From Candidatus Aenigmatarchaeota archaeon (GTDB taxonomy: Archaea; Aenigmatarchaeota; Aenigmatarchaeia; Aenigmatarchaeales; Aenigmatarchaeaceae): 16,850 bases of DNA. Below the pieces are notes generated by a model. The model was given only the letters and a program-made list of their open reading frames with translations, made no database searches and was not told the DNA's origin. Made by a program: the position numbers and the translations under genes. Positions 14,536-16,850 of this stretch are shown here, in pieces; the stretch's first letter is position 1, and each line of letters opens with the position of its first letter. Where the stretch lies: positions 1 through 16,850 of the forward strand of contig JBDRJK010000005.1 in the NCBI GenBank assembly GCA_043814985.1. The letters are read 5' to 3'.

Positions 14536-14650
14536 CTAAAACACCTAGAATTAATAGATACTTAGGATTAAATAAATCTTTAGAACTGAATTTCTCGTCC
14601 ACCAGTCATACCAACCCAATATTTATTCTTGAAAAATCTATTTATACATA

Positions 14651-15079
14651 ATGGTGGAATGTGTTCTTTGCGGTTCCAAGGCCACTAGGAAGGCCAAAGT
14701 CGAGGGCAGTGTTCTTGATGTCTGCGACGAATGTGTCAAGTTTGGGAAGGAGATTCCCAAGATTGAGATTAGGAAGAAAGAGATGAAAACAACTCAGATA
14801 GAGGAGATGGAACAGGAACTGGTCAAGGACTTCCATAAGATAATAAGAAAGTCCAGGGAGAAGAAGAAGTTGACACAGGATGATTTGGCTAAGAAATTAA
14901 AAGAAAAGGCATCTGTCATAAAGAGGATAGAGGAAGGATGGAAGCCTTCCATGAAACTGATAAAAAAGCTCGAGAGGTTCTTTGAGATAAAGCTGAGGGA
15001 AAAGCTAGAGGAAAGCGTTCTTGACAAGAGGACGGGTTCTAGAAACTTGACAATAGGTGATATTGTTGAAGTCAGTTAG
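14651..15079 (+). CDS. mbf1: Archaeal multiprotein bridging factor aMBF1 (Zn-ribbon + HTH)
   Basis: CVLCG...VEGS.L.VCDECVKFG, HTH LTQDDLAKKL...IKRIE.G, C-terminal LTIGDIV. Confidence 0.92.
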   Translation: MVECVLCGSKATRKAKVEGSVLDVCDECVKFGKEIPKIEIRKKEMKTTQIEEMEQELVKDFHKIIRKSREKKKLTQDDLAKKLKEKASVIKRIEEGWKPSMKLIKKLERFFEIKLREKLEESVLDKRTGSRNLTIGDIVEVS

Positions 15080-15344
15080 GGCGCATGTCCTGATAATAGG
15101 CCTTGTTCATGGCGTCAGTTTCAGGTCGTCCACAAAGCGAAAGGCCGATTCTCTGGGACTAAAAGGTTGGGTTAAGAATCTGGAGAATGACACTGTTGAG
15201 GCTGTTTTTGAGGGGTCTGATGACAAGGTCAAAGAAGTGTTGGAATGGTGCAGCAAGGGGCCCCCATCCGCAAGGGTCGATGACATGGAAACAGAATTGA
15301 GCAATTATATAGGAGACCTGGAAGGCTTTGATATAATTTTATAG
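15066..15344 (+). CDS. acyP: Acylphosphatase
   Basis: GLVHGVSFR, GWVKN, VEAVFEG, GPPSARV. Start is probably TTG 15066 behind GGTGA (15056-15060). Confidence 0.92.
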   Translation: MKSVRAHVLIIGLVHGVSFRSSTKRKADSLGLKGWVKNLENDTVEAVFEGSDDKVKEVLEWCSKGPPSARVDDMETELSNYIGDLEGFDIIL

Positions 15345-15447
15345 ATTTAAATTTCTTTGGAATAAATTATTCTTGTGAGCAAAATGGGTGAATCACTTCA
15401 TCAATAAAACAAGAGATTTATCTATTCCTAATTCTAAAAAATACAAT

Positions 15448-16701
15448 ATGCAAACAGTCAAGGGAACAAGGGACCTGATGCCTGAGGACATGAGGATCAA
15501 ACAGCTGGTTGTAGACAAGCTGAAGAAGGTTTTTGAGGTGTACGGTTTCCAGCCTTTGGACACGCCTGCCCTGGAGTCATGGGATGTTCTATCAGCAAAG
15601 GGTGCTGGTGGGGAGGATGTCATAAAGGAGGCTTATGATTTCGAGGACAAGGGAGGCAGGAGGATAGGCCTGAGGTATGAGTTCACTGTCTCACTGGCCA
15701 GGGTTGTCGCGTCAAACCCCAACATGATCCTGCCTTTCAAGGGGTACCAGACAGGCAAGATATGGAGGTATGATGACGTTTCAAAGGGAAGGTTCAGGGA
15801 GTTCTCGCAGTTCGATGGTGACATTGTAGGTTCTGGTTCTGTAATGGCTGATGCAGAGAACATTTCATGCGCTATTGATTGTCTCAAGTCTTTGGGCTTC
15901 AAGGACTTTTACATAAGGGTTAATAACAGGAAAGTCATAGCAGCCATGGCAAAGTATGCTGGGATAAAGGAAAACAAGATAACTGAAGTCTTCAGGATTA
16001 TTGACAAGCTTGAAAAGATGGGTATGGAAAGCGTCACAGAGCAGTTGGAAGAGGCTGTTACAAAAAAATGCGCCAAGAAGATACTTGATTTCATCATGAT
16101 AAAAGGAAACAACAAGCAGGTCATTGCGAAGGCTGAAAAAATAATAAAGAGCGAGGGCTTGCAGGAGCTGAAGGATGTCATATCCTATGTTAATGATTCA
16201 TCAAAGGTTAAGATTGATTTGAGTCTGGCAAGGGGCTTTGACTATTACACTGGTCTTGTTTATGAAATCTTCGCTGGCAAGGACATTGGAAGCGTTGGCG
16301 GTGGCGGAAGATATGACAAGCTCATAGGCATATTCTTGAAAAGGGATGTTCCTGCTTGCGGCATAAGCTTTGGTCTGGACAGGCTGATAGAGGTCATCAA
16401 GGAAAGGAAACTGCTCAAAGCTGAAAATAGCTTGAAGGTTTTTGTGGTTGCTGTTAATGATAAAGTAAGGGATAATGTTCTTGACATTGTTAGGGAATTG
16501 AGAGGCAAGGGAATACCAACTGACTATGACTTGAGGTCTAGGAAGCTGTCAAAGCAGTTGGAGTATGCCAGCACCATGAAAATACCCTTTGTGGCTATTG
16601 TCGGTGAAAAGGAACTAGCAAAGAAATCAGTCACGCTTAGAAACATGGAAACAGGCAAGGAAGAAATGGTAAAAATAAGTCAGATAGCTAAGAAAATCTA
16701 G
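15448..16701 (+). CDS. hisS: Histidyl-tRNA synthetase
   Basis: KGTRDLMP, GRFREFSQ, LARGFDYYTG, GGGGRYD, anticodon-binding domain. Start is likely ATG 15448. Confidence 0.96.
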   Translation: MQTVKGTRDLMPEDMRIKQLVVDKLKKVFEVYGFQPLDTPALESWDVLSAKGAGGEDVIKEAYDFEDKGGRRIGLRYEFTVSLARVVASNPNMILPFKGYQTGKIWRYDDVSKGRFREFSQFDGDIVGSGSVMADAENISCAIDCLKSLGFKDFYIRVNNRKVIAAMAKYAGIKENKITEVFRIIDKLEKMGMESVTEQLEEAVTKKCAKKILDFIMIKGNNKQVIAKAEKIIKSEGLQELKDVISYVNDSSKVKIDLSLARGFDYYTGLVYEIFAGKDIGSVGGGGRYDKLIGIFLKRDVPACGISFGLDRLIEVIKERKLLKAENSLKVFVVAVNDKVRDNVLDIVRELRGKGIPTDYDLRSRKLSKQLEYASTMKIPFVAIVGEKELAKKSVTLRNMETGKEEMVKISQIAKKI

Positions 16702-16850
16702 CTGCATAATCCCGACTGTTTGTTGTAGCGGCACTCGTATATGGCCTCTACTTCTCCTGCAACAAATATCGAGAGGTCAAAGCCGCCAGCATTCATCATC
16801 TTGGATTTTATATTGTGCACTGTAACAGTGAAATAGCCTGACTCCTTGCT
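16698..16850 (-). CDS. 3' end of a hypothetical protein (runs off window)
   Basis: Open frame ...SKESGYFTVTVHNIK...YECRYNKQSGLCS* with its stop overlapping the hisS stop (CTAG). Confidence 0.6.
   Translation of the reverse strand, partial: SKESGYFTVTVHNIKSKMMNAGGFDLSIFVAGEVEAIYECRYNKQSGLCS

Noticed and set aside
14580..14609. 9-codon uORF (MTGGREIQF) upstream of ileS as an attenuator
   Set aside because: Only one Ile codon, no alternative hairpins, and a TATA-like box lies between it and ileS.
14603..14614. 12-mer TTGGTATGACTG shared (inverted) with 8045-8056
   Set aside because: Several 12-mer matches are expected by chance in 17 kb; the match does not extend meaningfully.
1..16850. CRISPR array, rRNA, transposase or integrase
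   Set aside because: No regularly spaced repeats or corresponding motifs seen.

Overview
Archaeal chromosomal DNA, most likely from a DPANN-type lineage. This is inferred from GGTGA Shine-Dalgarno sites, TATA-box promoters, tRNA introns with bulge-helix-bulge (BHB) motifs, Nop5/fibrillarin, aMBF1, eS17, compact overlapping genes and Lys-rich tails. Most of the window is housekeeping: nth, split ADP-forming acyl-CoA synthetase alpha/beta, a ureohydrolase, a PRC-barrel protein, fibrillarin-Nop5, rps17e, ileS, aMBF1, acylphosphatase and hisS. The most interesting part is the tRNA cluster at 6.5-8.0 kb. A free-standing two-motif LAGLIDADG endonuclease gene sits between the apparent tRNA promoter and tRNA-Ser(GCT). 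It is bracketed by an 8-bp direct repeat equal to the first 8 nt of that tRNA (GCCGAGAT), and its stop codon lies inside the tRNA. This suggests a non-splicing mobile element that targets tRNA 5' ends. The tRNA-Ser carries two BHB introns (30/31 and 37/38). The tRNA-Glu has an anomalous C33 and an intron with competing folds. Also notable are a 12-codon Lys/Ala micro-ORF with its own SD and terminator, a short histone behind a palindromic A-tract array, and an IleRS with GVHH/EMHKS signature motifs.
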